64,000 nt of DNA from Owenia fusiformis (lineage: Eukaryota): the NCBI GenBank assembly GCA_903813345.2, contig CAIIXF020000001.1:34348001-34412000 (forward strand), given 5' to 3'. The translations under genes were made by a program, and so were the position numbers. Shown piece by piece: positions 23,757-38,603 of this stretch. Within the stretch, counting starts at the first letter, position 1. Each line of letters begins with the position of its first letter. Below the pieces are notes generated by a model. It ran no database searches and had not been told where the DNA came from. It was given only the letters and a program-made list of their open reading frames with translations.

Positions 23757-24016
23757 ACAGTCGTAATTTGCGTAATTAACCTGGAAGATAGACCCGAAAA
23801 CCCCTCCTTAAAGGAGCCCTGTGTTCTTTTATGTGCATTTATACATAGACATACAAGTACACACAACAGCCTTTTGTATGAGTTGCAGACCACTCAGTCA
23901 AACACCCTGAAGTACTTCACTCAAACAAGCAAATTTAGTCTTGCCTGAACCGGGGATCGAATCCAGAACCTATTGCGTAAGAGGTACATGCGCTACCGCT
24001 GAGCTACACAGGTCGA
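23757..24016 (-). mobile_element. tRNA-derived SINE
   Basis: Minus strand has A box TAGCTCAGCGG and B box GATTCGATCCC, followed by an ~190-nt body. 3' boundary approximate. Confidence 0.65.
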
Positions 24017-24997
24017 CTAAAATAGTATTCACATACCAAATATGAACAAAATCGCTCCACTACTTTTCGAGTTAGTAAAATACGTTAAAATGGCGGCCAT
24101 TTTTCAAAATGATCGCCTTCTACCAAAAGTGTCATTAGACAGTGTGCCATGCTTATAGTATTCACATACCAAATATTAACAAAATCGCTCCACTACTTTT
24201 CGAGTTACAGCAAAAATCGTAAAATAACAAGTAAAGGCCATGTGCTTCTTTAATATCTACATTTCTAGCTTTATTAATGTCCTATATATTTTTTTACATT
24301 TAAAACATATTACTATTACAGTTTTACATATTGCACCTAAATTACTGAAAAATCTGCACTAAAATGGTCACCATTTTTAAATGATCGGCCATTTTGAAAA
24401 CCGTCTTTCAGCAGAACTTCTATACCCATAGGGTATATGTATACAAAATATGAACAAAATCGAGCCAAGTGTATTTGAGTTATTGCCTGGACGGACGGAC
24501 TGACAGATGTACGGACGGATGGATGGACGGATGAACAGAGATAATAAGAGTTTGTAAACTGATCATTCGATCCATGAATGTCTCATATTCATATCTGATA
24601 ACTGGGCAGTGTGGGCATTCATGTCTCCGCATATGATTGTTTTACCAGAAAGTTGATAGGAAGCAATTGATTTTTCTAAGATGTCAAAGTTGTCAAAATT
24701 TTCATAAGTTGAATCTTTATGCGGCACATAAACAAAACATATATTATATATACAGTATATCGTTCTCTAAATTGTAAAAAGAAGACTTAACTCTGAACCA
24801 TTACAAAGAAATCATGAGTTAGCACTTCAATTGAATTAAAAAATAATCTTTTTTGAAGACAGCTATATATGCCTCCAAAATAATTTGGGTTAGTGTTTTT
24901 TTGTTGACAATATGAGGGGGAACAATATTGCACAGTCAGTGTAGAACAATTCAGGTCTTGAAAAGTAGACACTGGGTTAATCAGACAAATTAGTTAC

Positions 24998-25122
24998 CTG
25001 AATGAGAATGGATTTTTTCTCATCAAGGGTCATGGAATCATACAAGTGGAATATTTGTCCTGATGCCTCGGTGGTATGACTACTACCCATCTTGGTGTCA
25101 TGCTGGCCAATAGCACCATCCC
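24998..25122 (-). CDS. Candidate host-gene exon 3 (DGAIGQHDTKMGSSHTTEASGQIFHLYDSMTLDEKKSILIQ), phase 1-0
   Basis: Acceptor aatttgcAG, donor cagGTaact. 125 nt, open in the frame set by exon 50751-50819. Lies in unique sequence. Confidence 0.55.
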
Positions 25123-26365
25123 CTGCAAATTGAGCAAGACAGGCAATTTACTCAATGAAATGACATGAAATACATGCCCCTTACCTGTTATGAATTGCCA
25201 GTTATATACATACACACTACCCTACCTCGATCACGCATGCACAAAATTTTTGGCTTTCAACAAGGTCGCTTTTGAGTATATCGACTGCTTAGTCAAAAGG
25301 TTAATACGTTTTGTGCTCGGTGTGAGTCAATATTGTTATTCGCTGAACGTCAGTGGTGCAATAGTGAAGTCCATGTTCAAAGTTATATGATGGTTGAAGA
25401 AAGAATATAATTAATATCATCTTAAATGTTAAAATATTTGATATGTCATAGTACAGGGTACAAAGTTGCAAAAGTTGATCAATACAGGGTACAAGGAAGG
25501 TAAATTGTTCCAATAGTACAGGGGGCGAGAATGTAAGCTGATTATACAGAACGATTCGCTGGTTTTACACTAAAACCAATTCTGAGATAATCAATAGTAT
25601 ACTAGAATCATGTTTTGTACAATATTGACAGTATATTTTTGAACCACTAAATGTAATTGATCTAATCTTTATTTTCAGGGGTGTACAATAATTGTACATG
25701 TGCCAAGCATTATTTTTAATGCGCTTGATGTCCTAATCCAGTGGCACATGGAGCTGTATTTGACATTCAAAACCAGAGTAAAATGAATAATAGAAGGAAT
25801 GATATGTTTCATTGGAGTACATTGATGCACAAATGCATACAAGGGGCGTCATTAGAATATTTCAAATGTTGTATATATGGAAATGCTTGCCTAAAACTGC
25901 AAAATAACTATATGTGAGGAATATGACATATGTTTGTATCGTGTTTATCGAGTTACCATTACAGCTGCCATTTTGAATGTTGACTAGACATAATGCTGTA
26001 CAATTAGTGTATTTGTAGAAAGTGGATTCATAATACTATAACTATGCTTAACCCATACTTTTAACTCTGAAAACTATTACATGATCGATGTAGTCTTATA
26101 TGACATGCTCAAGTGATTTTGCATTTAATCATGAAACACTCATCACCAGACACCTCAAAACAAACATTTTCTCTAAGTGACAAGAGGAAAAATGTTTCAC
26201 AATATGTTCTGCCTTACGGCAAAGTAAAGATACATTTCTGGGACGACTTTTTATTCATCTTAAGATTTTAGAAAAACAATTAATTCATAAAATACAGTTG
26301 AATAACATACTGGAAAACTGAAAAATCTTCATACAGCACAATGACACGCAGTTTAAATAACAGTT

Positions 26366-26781
26366 GGAGATGCATTATACCATAGGTTTCTCGCGCAGAC
26401 AATCAATGATGTCCTATTGTTATTGCTCATATAATATCTCACATACCATGGATATATCTTGAGAATAATGGGTATATTATTGCCGAAATATTGAAGTAAT
26501 CAACAGAACAACCAACCTCCAGAATTAAACACAGTTGATTCCTTGGCTAGCGAGGGGAATCACCATTGAGTCACACAAGCGCCCACACGCCCCTTGAACC
26601 AAACAGAATTAATTTCCCTGAAAATAATTAGATCGGTCAGCACAATTGCAAAATTAACACTGAAATCGGGGGATTTGGGACTTCTTCATTGGTAAGTAGA
26701 TGGATGACTATGTGGTGAAGCTCAATAAGCAAAAAGGTCCAGAGGGATCTTGATTGTGCTATCCTATGGTATAGAGCCTCT
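26366..26781. mobile_element. Small MITE inserted at a TTAA (Kolobok-like)
   Basis: Interrupts CAGTTAACTG present in family E copy 1. Imperfect IR TATACCATAGG / CCTATGGTATA. Confidence 0.5.
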
Positions 26782-27274
26782 TTAACTGTTTTTTTTTAAC
26801 ATATCAATGTCAAAATAAGTAACATTTTCGAAATGAAACTTACACGCTCCCTGTACGTTAATAGATTTACTGAAATGTATCTTGTATTGCTTTCGAGTTT
26901 TGCTTCACTGCGCCCACTATTATCTATCTTTGCCTATATGTTTTGCCAACAAAATCACGGTGTTATAGCATGATAGTTACGCCACCTCTGAAAACGAGGT
27001 TGGACGGCTATGTTCACTGATTTATCCAATAAAATGGCCGCAATAGAAGAGAAAACTAAGGTTGGTGCATTATTTTATACTACTGTGTATCAATGAAAGG
27101 ATGAACGATTTATGTAAGCGTCGCATTCGGTGATGCATTCAGTAATGTATATTTTGAACCAAGTCTTTGCAAATCGATGCCTGGGGATAACATGAAATAG
27201 AGAAAAACTGTCGAGTTTGAAATTCAAAACTATACAAAATTTAGTAATTTGTTTATTTTTGTTGTTAGGGCATG

Positions 27275-30200
27275 TAGACTGTAGACTACTCTGATAATTG
27301 TAACTTCTTCTTTCATAAAAGGTCACACATTCCAACATATTTCAAACAGTCTGTATGATTATGCTTGGCACTTTCTGGGTAGTTGGACTTCGTGTAGGGG
27401 TGGCAGACGGCCCTCAGACCCCCACCCCAAGAAAACCTTGGGGGTACTTTAATACCACCTTATAAAAATAATACGAATGCATTTCATACATTCATAGTTG
27501 CATAGTAGGTAGGGCATACCATGGTTAGTCAGTGCCAGAAATATCCAATCTCTAACTAATATGATTACCATGGAAACAGTATTTACATCTCAAAATCTTC
27601 TCAATTTAACCTCCTTCCAAATATGTCCCTTAGCCCTCAAAATGAAATATTTGCAAATTTGTTTGGATTTTGTGGCTACCACTTTGTCAAAAGTTGTATA
27701 AATATGTATCTATTCACACTAAAGCACTAAAAAGTTGATATAATGCTCCAATAAATCAATAATATTTATCAAATATAGTCACACACAACTGCTTTTAGGG
27801 AAAAGTGGGCGTGGCACTTTTTGGTACTTGTCTAATTGTTGCACCATTAAGCGAAAAATACATATTACACTAACAACAATTGACATTTAATTATCATCTA
27901 CTAACATTGTGTAACATTGTAATATGTTCATTATCATTATTAAATACTTAAGATATTTTATTTAAGTGTTATCATGAACTTTCCTTTTATCCCTATACCA
28001 TACAAGGTAGGCATCACCAATGGTGTCAAACTAACTTTTCTGTTTGATTTATTTTTTACCATAGACAGGGGAAAAAGCTTACTTGAAGTAGTGACCTCAT
28101 TAGGTGCTATGTATATGGATAGATGGATTGATAATAGTAGTTAGATGGCAGCACTTGTGCTAGTTGGGCTAGATACTAGTATTTACCATTGACTTGACAT
28201 ATGTCACTTAGCCTATTGATTTACCATATTAGTTCTGTTGGATTTAAGTAAAACTGCATTTGCATTGAATTTGTTGATGTTCAGATTGTGTTTGAAACTT
28301 GATGATAATCAGATTGTGTTTGAACTGGATGTTGTTCAGATTGTGTATACATGAACTTTAAAAGGACCACTGAAACAATAAGTCAAAGTTCAAAATTCAT
28401 TAAAATTATCTCAATGAGAATTTAGCCTGTTAAACTATAGTTAGTTATAGTTATAGCTCATCATTTGCAACTTTTTCATTATTCAAATGACCTAGGGAAG
28501 CCAGTGATATGAATTGGCCTTATCCATTGAGTTACAGTAATTTAAATGGAATATTGTGAAGAACAAGAGAACTGTTCCAAAGCTTCACAGGAAATACGGG
28601 AGCAAAGTCAACAAGGGATGTGGGAACTAGGCTGTTCACATGGAGAGATTTAGAACTCTCCAGGGAAGTGTCTCTATTTGGTATAAAATACACAGGTCTA
28701 TTCATGCAAACCATTTTAAATATGAATCAAAATTAGTGATATCCATGTTTCTGGTGAAAGCATCAATTGAAAGAGACAAACATCCTACTCCTATGGAATC
28801 AAATATAAGGAAGTTCGAAGCAGTAAAAAGGTATTACTATTTAAGATTTGATTGAATAAATTGAATCAGAGGCAATTTTTAAATTTAGATATATTAAAAG
28901 AGGCTCTGTTGGTTAGATGGGAGAATTAGCTGCATGTTAAAGGTGGCGCTTTGTTCAGTTTATAACAAAATTGATATTTAGCCCAAAACAGTAAAAAAAA
29001 TACTAAGCAAATATTTCAATGGGCAATACCTGTCATCTTTCAATGATTCTTGCAATATGTATTGCCCGCAGCCCATAGGGTGAGGGTAATACATGTTGCA
29101 AAAATCATTGAAAGTGCAGTTGTCAGAATCCCCAGCCGGGCAATATATCTTTTATATGCCAATAATTCAGGGAGCTGTGAAATACGCTATGGTATTTTTA
29201 GTCACATGGTACTGAATTAGCCAATCAAGTCACACAATTTAAATTTGGTATATAGATGAATTAGACAAAGGCAAATTCACTTCAACATCTTGTTAGGCAT
29301 CAAACAAAGGTACAAGCTTTCTCAAAATGGCCACTTTACTAAAGAAATTGTCAAAAGATTATATGTATCAAGTTTTAATGTATTTACATATAAATATAGC
29401 TGTCTTAATAGGTACACATGATGAAAATACAGGCAAAAACAAAATGCATGCTTTCTGAAACCCTGCGTTTGGATATTGATAAATTGAATGATATTGGCTA
29501 AAAACTTGTCAGAATTAAAAAAAAATTTCCAAAGAAAAGTCAACATTTCAAAACGACAGCAATAGCTAGAACTATCATATTTAGATGTTTACTTGACAGT
29601 ATGGAGAATTGGGGAATCTGGACAGAGAATCATAACAGAGGTAGAAAGATTTGATAGAAAAATGGAGTTTTGGTGTGGAAGGGGGGGGGGGGGGGCGTGT
29701 AATTGTATAATTGTTTATGTAACTATGGCAGCCATCATTTCATAAAATTGATAAAATGACATATTCTAGATAATGATAGGCATTTGCCATCATAAACTAT
29801 GAGGGATTATGACTCATAAACTTAACTATGGAGATTTGGGGTAGTAATATGGAACATAAGTTATATGGAAACTGTAACCTTATAAGATCTTGTCCAATTT
29901 CAATCATACCTGATTATAAAGGACCATTGATGTTACAGCATCAGGACATATTACGTATAATATTAAATGATGACCATCATTTCTACTGTGCCAAAATCAT
30001 TCAACCAATTTGAAAATGGAATACGAGAACAAGATTTCTCATTCTATGTTGTATTCATACAGTATGTCTAATAATAATTGATATTAAATATATTTACTTT
30101 TATTGTTTTTATACACTAAACAGATTTGTTTAGATATTATTTTAAGTTTTACATAACAAACCACTATCCATATTGAAGGAATCACTGAAGATACAGCATT

Positions 30201-32966
30201 TCAGAAATGTGTAAATTGTTTATATTGTGTATTTCATTATTTTGCGAAATACTAAAAGGAGTTATACCCGTACCTTGTTAACCATGAGTCAATGAATGCA
30301 TCATACAATATCTGCAAAATGATGCACTATGCAATTCATACATGGAATAATATATTTTGCCAAATAGGAATCAAGTTTATCTTTAATCCATTGGATAGAT
30401 CTTGCATTACCTGATGTTGATGTATTGTTAATAGAATCAGTTTGAGACAATTGTGAGACACCATTTGTCCGAGAAAATAAGAAATTTAGGCAGGGCAAAA
30501 CATTTTACCTATCATTTATTTGTGTTAACTACATCCCCTTCACTAGTTAGTATTACCTAACCTTTTAAAACGGTGTGAGATATCATTGAACTGTGATGCT
30601 CATGCATGATACAAGGGGTGATCAATAAGTAATGGACGCTTTTTTACATAGATGCTTTTTATTGACCAATCTCTTTAATTTTTTCACCAGCGATACATCA
30701 TTCAATTTTCTATCAACTCTGAAGATTTGGAGACAAAGCATGAAATATATTTTGATATTTCTTTATTTCTGTGAAGGAGGTATAGGTACCCCGGGACTGA
30801 CATAACGTCACACATTCTGAAGCTATTTAGCTCATTTAACCTGCAATGCAGTTTAATGCAAGTTGAACAAAACGAACCATGATGGTTATGAATTACACAA
30901 TTCGATACGCCATAATTGATTTTGAATATTTTGTCATCACTTTGTGGCATCCATGTCACCTTCATTCTACAGGGCCCTCTACATAGGTTCCATCAAGTGC
31001 TACACTCTCCTCATTATCCTCTTAACCCAAGATTGAAAGACAAGGCCGAATCCATTCTCTGACATGGTAGCAAGCAGCAGTTACACGGCTGGTTTTATTT
31101 CATCAATATCATTAAACCTGCACTTTTAGTATAGAAATAAATAAGTAATGTGTGGCCAGATCTGGACTAAAGGCTGCATGGGCCAAGGGGTTCATGTTCA
31201 TGTTCAGGTCCAGGGATATTGTATCCTGCATAGTTTGAGATATTTGAGCAGGGGCATTATCCACATGGAGTACGGTGTTACCTCCTCTTACTAGCCCCTT
31301 CTTCCACAGTGCATTCTCAAATCAACCTGCAAACCCTGACCATACAACATTTTGACATCACAATACTATAATCTTTTATATGTTACCAAAGGCAGCATGA
31401 TATTCGAACAACACAACTCTTTTGGCATATCAAAAACTTCAAATCTAACTGATATGCTAAATTGGCATTACTTCAGAATATGTGACGTAAATGTCGGTCC
31501 CGGGGTACCTGTACCCCCTTCACGAAAATAAAGATATATCAAAACGCATTACATATCTTGTCTTCAAATCTCCAGAGTTGATAGATAATTGAAAGGTGTA
31601 TCACTGGTGAAAAAATTATCATACTCCATAATTCCAATGTCATTTAAGCCTGATTTGGTACAAATGTCAAAGCATAACATCAACTCTAAAGTAGATTAAT
31701 TCAATGAAAATTAAAAATTTCAAAATCAACAATTACCGTGCGCCATCTTAGATGCGAAGGTAACAACCGTTTCCTTCGCTTGGTACTGATCAGTGTCCTT
31801 GCTCTGTTACAAATTTTCATTGCCCTCTGTTTGTAACCCCTCCCTCCTTCTCGATTAAGGCCATGAATATGAAGATGATTTAGAGGTAATATGAGAAATA
31901 CTAGTGAAGAGTTGTTTTATGATAAACTTAATGATAATGTTAATGTTTTATGATAACTTAATCCAAGTCATAACTGTTAATAGTATGCAATTCACACCAG
32001 CATGAGATGACATAATACTCAAAGGATGGAATGGTTCATTACTTTTCAATTGCATAATATGGCTAAATGACACCCTGACAAATGTATTAATCAATTTTAA
32101 CTCATAGCTCTTGATCAATGGAACCATTCATATTCTAGGTACAAGTCAATGAATACGACTTTGACAAACTAAAAAGACTAAAGACCTCTAGGACTTAGAC
32201 AAAAGGTTAATTTGACCATTGATGACCTATGATAGGGAAGGGTCATGATAACACTTATATAAAATATTTAAAGTATCTAATAATGATAATGAACATATTA
32301 CAATGTTACACAATGTTGGTAGATGCTAATTAAATGTCAATTGTTGTTAGTGTAATATGTATTTTTCAGTTAATGCTGCAACAATTAGACAAGTACCAAA
32401 AAGTGCCACGCCCACTTTTCCCTAAAAGCAGTTGTGTGTGACAACATTTTATAAATATTATAAATTTATGGGATTATTATATCAAGTTTTTAGTGCTTTA
32501 GTGTGAATACATACATATTAATTTAACTTTTGACAAAGTAGCAGCCACAAAATCCAAACAGATTTTCAAACATTTCACTTTGAGAACTAATGGACACATT
32601 TGGGACGGGGTCAAATTTAGAAGATTGTGAGATATAAATACTGTTTCCTTGGTTACCATATAAATCAGAGATTGGAAATTTCTGGCACTGACTAACCATG
32701 GCATGCCCTACCCACTATAAAACAATGAATATCTGATATGCATTAGTATTCTTTTTATTGGATGGTATTAAAGTACCCCCAAGGTTTTGTTGGGGTAGGG
32801 GTATAAATTGGCCTGAGGGCCTTCTGCCACCCCTACATAAAGTCCAACTACCCAGAAAGTGTCCAGCATAATCATACAGATTGTTTGAAATATGTTGGAA
32901 TGTGTGACCTTTCATGAAAAGAAGAATGTATTTCTAGAGCACTTCTACAGAATAGTCCACAGTCTA
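27275..32966. mobile_element. Non-autonomous/decayed Academ-type element (family D)
   Basis: TAGACTGT..ACAGTCTA termini. 3-bp TSD ATG (27272-27274, 32967-32969). ~750-bp imperfect TIRs (27275-28050 vs 32200-32966). No intact ORF. Confidence 0.85.
30612..31620 (-). mobile_element. Decayed mariner element with transposase remnants
   Basis: TA-CAAGGGGTGATCAATAAG end. Arms 30680-30820 vs 31470-31615. Minus-strand VLHVDNAPAQ, LAHAAFSPDLA (cf. HPPYSPDLAP) and CVALDGTYVE. Confidence 0.75.
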
Positions 32967-33584
32967 ATGGTCTTCATTGCCCAAAAACCTACATACGATC
33001 ATACAAAGCCAATTGAGCATTGGAAACCACCTAATATGTTATACTCAAGCCATAATAATGTATTTTGAATTTGCGGTAACGTGAAAAATTGATGGACGGT
33101 TACGCGAACCTGATTCAAATATGAAATCCAGATTCATTATCATTAATTTTGTCATCTTCATCAGTACTTGATCCTTAATCTTCTTTTGCCTCTTCATTGC
33201 ACGCTATCTTTTGCACTTTCATTGGTTTCATAAATAAAGCAAACGACAGTTTTTTTCCTTGCTCTATAGAGGCTGAAACAAGAGCGTCTCTTGGGAGTCC
33301 TGAAAACAAATATAGGAAATTCCTGAAAACAAATATAGGAAATTCAATATTCTATTTCTTACCCATTATAACAATAACATGGAAAGAGGCTATAAGATGT
33401 ACAGGCATGTAACTGTCCGCTAAATATCTAATGTACAACTAATACAATACGTTACCGTCCATAGAATTCGATAGAAGTCATACGTAGTCGTCTAACGACA
33501 TTGCGTTTGAAACCTTGTTAGACTCCAGATTGAAAATTGATTGATTGTAAATCTGGAGTCTATTGCTTTTGCCTGTTTTCTTAT

Positions 33585-33691
33585 TATTAGACTCCAGATG
33601 AAATCTGGAGTCTATTGTTTTTGCCTGTTTTCTTATTATTAGAATGCCGGTTTCGAAGAAACGGCATTCTATAGTTTTCGCCTTTTTCTTA

Positions 33692-33723
<32 letters not shown>

Positions 33724-36515
33724 CCACGCAAGATTTCTCCGCACACACCGACATGTCAGCTAATTAGCATATACCATCAACCTTGACATGTTCCTGGGCT
33801 ACAGGGAAATGCCTTCATTTTTTTAATTAGCCCCTCCCTAATTAGCCAAGGTCAAATCGCAAATTTTTACATTTTTGCACGTACAAGGAGTAACCATTTT
33901 TATTTTTTACCCAAAATTTGCATCTGCCATCCCTCACAATTGCCATTTCACATATATTCCGGGTTTTAAAATTGGGTGCCCCAAATTTAAAAAATGGGGC
34001 ACCCCAGTGGGGCAAAATTTGAAAACTGTGTATCCGATCCCAATTCTGAGCAGATATAAAGAATAGAAGCCCCTGATTCCAAATATGCTTTCGGTTTTGG
34101 AATCCGACCTCTGAGTGACCTTGAAAAGGTCAACAAGTTCAAAAATCAAAATCGCTCAAATTGATTCCAAATTGGTACCATTGTATTACACTGTACTCGG
34201 ATAGAGTAAATTAGGTCACCATTTTGACCTTGACCTTTGACATTGACCTTCAAATGACCTCAAAGTTGAAAACTAGGATTTTCATTCCAATTCTTTGCAA
34301 GTATGAAGTATGGATGTCCCTGATTCTAAATATGCTTGTGGTTTTGGAATTTGACCTCCGGGTGACCTTGAAAAGGTCAAAAAGGTTAAATTGCTAAAAT
34401 TGCTCAAATTGATTCGAAATTGGTACCATTGTATTACACTGTACTAAACTAGAGTAAATTAGGTCAACATTTTGACCTTGACCTTTGACCTTCACCGTAA
34501 AATGACGTAAAACTTATTTCTTGTTTTACCTGTTCAAGGAGCCGCTGTAGTTATTTTTTGCATGCCTTACTCTTCCCATTTAACATATCTCTAGGGTTTA
34601 TAATTTGGGTGATTTTCATTCCAATTCTTTGCAAGTATGAAGTATGGATGTCCCTGATTCTAAATATGTTTTCCTAATCTATATAGGGGGCACGCGACAG
34701 CGCTTTAAAGCGCGTCTGGGAGGATAAGGGTACGGGTTTTTAAATTGAGTGCTAAAATTTCAAAAATATGGCAAAATATGATATCAAATATGCTTTCGGT
34801 TTTGGAATTCGACCTCTGCGTGACCTTGAAAAAGGTCAATTGTGCACCGAATTTGCTGCTGCGGCGAGGAACGGCATTCTACGAAATCGCCCCCGTGGCG
34901 ATTTTAAATGTCTAGTTATTTTTATTCTTCTTCTTTTTCTTCCTCCTAACAGATTTTCTCTCCAACTATAACATCTTACTTAATCCAACTTACATGGTTA
35001 ACTGAAGACTGTATTTGGCTTTCTGGGAAATTAGGTCAAATTTTTATCTAGGTCAAAGGTCAAGAACTAGGTCAAATCTTACATTTTCAACATTCTTCAT
35101 CATATCTTCGTCAATATTCTTCGTAACTCCTTCATCTTTCTTCATTGTGTAGCTTAGAAAAAGGCGAATCAAAGATATGACATCAGAATTTTGATTACTC
35201 TTACCGATTTTGAGATATGGTGTCCGGAAAGTAGGTCAGAACAAAAAGTTCTCCAAATTCAACATATGAGTTATGAAATAAGTGTAGAATGATCTCAAAA
35301 ATCCGAATCTGCAAACCAAATTTAGATCGAACTTCCGGTTCGGAAGTTATGGCGTTTTAAAAGCTCAAAAATCGCTAAATTTGGTGCCTATGTTAAGTCA
35401 ATGGGAAAAAAGACTTTTTCGAAGTGTAAAATACAAGATATAGACTGAGTACAGCTTAACATAATGAATGCTTATAAAAGAAGGGGACCTCAAAAGCTAC
35501 ATAGCTTCAAAATTTGGACACCAAAATGCCTAGGTCAAAATCTAGGTCAAATTCATAGTTTTTCCTTATTTTTACGATTCTGACACTACACTTTAATAAT
35601 TTACTTCAAAATTTTGTATAAAGGTAGCAAAGAGTGTGCTAGTAGTGTTAGCCTTTTGCCGTCAGAAAGTATTTTGACCCACTTTTGAGATATGGTGTCT
35701 GAAAAGTAGGTCAAAATAAAAAGTTCTCCAAATTTAACATATGAGCTATGAATTAAGATAAAATTTTCCCAGGAATCCGAATATGCAAACCAAATTTCAA
35801 TCCGACTTTCGGTTCGGAAGTTATGGCATTTTGAAAGCTCAAAAATCGCTAAATTTGGTGCCCCATGTTATGTCAATGAGAAAAAAGATTTTTTTGAAGT
35901 GTAAAATACCAGATATAAACTGAGTACAGCTTAACATTCTGAAAGCCTATAAAAGAAGGGGACCTCGAAGGCTATCTAGCTTTAAAATTTGGACACCAAA
36001 ATGCCTAGGTCAAAATCTAGGTCAAATTCATAGTTTTTCCTTATTTTTGCGATTCTGACACTACACTTTAATGATTTGCTTCGAAATTTTGTATACAGGT
36101 AGCAAAGAGTGTGCTTATAGTGTTAGCCTTCTGCCGTCAGAAAGTATTTTGACCCACTTTTGAGATATGGTGTCTGAAAAGTAGGTCAAAATTAAAAGTT
36201 CTCCAAATTTAACGTCTGAGTTATGAATTAAGGGTAGAATTTTCTCAGGAATCAGAATCTTTAAACCAAATTTCGATCCAACTTCTAATTAGATAGTTAT
36301 AGCGGTTTGAAGTCTCGAAAAGTCGATATGATGATATCCCCATGTTAAGCCAATGGAGTCGAAGATAACAATCTTAAGAGTTGTCTAAATGTCTATATTC
36401 TAGCTGACTCAGCTTATTCTGAATGACTCAGCTTACAAGTATTTGGATGACTCAGCTTAAAAAAAGTCTGAAATCTGGAGTCTTAAATTGAACTTGTTCA
36501 ATTTACATGTCTAGT
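33585..36515 (+). mobile_element. Helentron-type element A2 nested in A1 (body 34917-36515)
   Basis: Same 5' hairpin at 33588-33614. 3' subTIR, hairpin and CTAGT at 36511. Confidence 0.8.
33637..34916 (+). mobile_element. Helentron-type element B nested in A2
   Basis: 5' hairpin TAGAATGCCG..CGGCATTCTA, then (TTA)n. 3' ACGGCATTCTA, hairpin AAATCGCC..GGCGATTT and CTAGT at 34912. ~247-bp internal repeat. Confidence 0.8.
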
Positions 36516-38399
36516 TATTTTTCTTTTTTCTTTCTTTCTTCCTCCTAACAGATTTTCTCTCCAACTATAACATCTTACTTAATCCAACCTACATGGTTGA
36601 CTAGGGAATGTATCTGGCTTTCTGGGAAATTAGGTCGAATTTTTATCTAGGTCATAGGTCAAGAACTAGGTCAAATCTTGGATTTTCACTAATTCACCAC
36701 TTTTCTCAGTCGTCTTTCAATATTTTCGCTCTAGGTTTTTTTCATCATGTTCCTTAGAAAAAACGCTAATTCCGTAAGGCAAATCGTTTTTTGATTACTC
36801 TTACCGATTTTGAGATATTGTGTCCGAAAAGTAGGTCAGAACAAAAAGTTCTCCAAATTCAACATGTTCTCAGGAATCCGAATCTGCAAACCAAATTTGA
36901 ATCAGACTTCCAGTTCGGAAGTTATGGCGTTTTGAAAGCTCAAAAATCGCTAAATTTGGTGCCTATGTTAAGTCAATGGGAAAAAAGACTTTTTTGAAGT
37001 GTAAAATACAAGATATAGACTGAGTACAGCTTAACATAATGAATGCTTATAAAAGAAGGGGACCTCAAAAGCTACATATCTTCAAAATTTGGACACCAAA
37101 ATGCCTAGGTCAAAATCTAGGTCAAATTCATAGTTTTTCCTTATTTTTACGATTCTGACACTACACTTTAATAATTTACTTCAAAATTTTGTATACAGGT
37201 AGCAAAGAGTGTGCTGATATTGTTAGCCTTTTGCCATCAGAAAGTATTTTGACCAACTTTTGAGATATTGCGTCCGGAAAGTAGGTCAAAATAAAAAATT
37301 CTCCAAATTTAACATATGAGCTATGAATTAAAGGTAGAATTTTCCCAGGAATCCGAATCTGCAAACCAAATTTCAATCCGACTTACGGTTCGGAAGTTAT
37401 GGCGTTTTGAAAGCTCAAAAATCGCTAAATTTGGTGCCCCATGTTATGTCAATGGGAAAAAAGTCTTTTTCGAAGTGTAAAATACAAGATATAGACTGAC
37501 TACAGCTTAACATAATGAATGCTTATAAAAGAAAGGGACCTCAAAAGCTACATAGCTTCAAAATTTGGACACCAAAATGCCTAGATCAAAATCTAGGTCA
37601 AATTCATAGTTTTTCCTTATTTCTACGATTTTGACACTACACTTTAATAATTTGCTTCAAAATTTTGTATACAGGTAGCAAAGAAGAGTGTGCTAATAGT
37701 GTTAGCCTTTTGCCGTCAGAAAGTATTTTGACCCACTTTTGAGATATGGTGTCCGAAAAGTAGGTCAAAATAAAAAGTTCTCCAAATTTAACGTATGAGT
37801 TATGAATTAAGGGTAGAATTTTCTCAGGAATCAGAATCTTTAAACCAAATTTCGATCCAACTTCTGATTAGATAGTTATAGCGGTTTGAAGTCTCCAAAG
37901 TCGATATGATGATATCCCCATGTTAAGCCAATGGAGTAGAAGATAACATTCTTAAAAGTTGTCTAAATGTCTATATTCTAGCTGACTCAGTTTTTTTTAA
38001 GTGTAAAATACGAGATATAGACTGAGTACAGCTTAAGATAATGAATTCCTATAAAAGAAGGGGACCTCAAAAGCTACCTAGTTTCAATATTTGGACACCA
38101 AAATGCCTAGGTCAAAATCTAGGTCAAATTCATAGTTTTTCCTTATTTTTACGATTCTGGCACTACACTTTTAGGATTTGCTTCAAAATTTTGAATACAG
38201 GTAGAAAAGAGTGTGCTAATAGTGATAGCCTTTTGCCGTCAGAAAGTATTTTGACCCATTTTTGAGATATGGCGTCCTAAAAGTAGGTCAAAATAAAAAA
38301 AATCTCCAAATTTAATGTATGAGTTATGAAATAAGGGTAGAATTTTCCCAGGAATCTGAATCTGCAAACCAAATTTCAATCCGACTTTCGGTCAAAAAT

Positions 38400-38603
38400 T
38401 CCTACTTACCTACCTACCTACATACCTACTTGGCTACCTATTTAGCTACCTACTTCTCGGCTACCTACTCCGCTAATTACTCAGCTACCTACTCAGCTGC
38501 TTACTCAGCTGCCTTCTCAGCTACCTACTCAGCTACTCACTCAATTACTTAATCATCTACTTACTCAGCTTGCTACTCAGTTACTTACTCAGCTACCTAC
38601 TCA
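38400..38603. repeat. Degenerate 4/12-bp repeat (CTACCTACTCAG)n in the tail of A1
   Basis: Read directly. Confidence 0.85.

Larger units (their letters stand above)
20294..24545 (-). mobile_element. Helentron-type family G, copy 1, split by Tc1, hAT and SINE insertions
   Basis: AACTAG plus hairpin at 20294. Body at 20300-20575 resumes at 24020-24545 with a (GGAC)n microsatellite. Homologous to 57338-59385. Confidence 0.6.

Noticed and set aside
38319..38552. ORF with SATYSA repeats
   Set aside because: Translation of the 12-bp DNA repeat within a Helentron tail.
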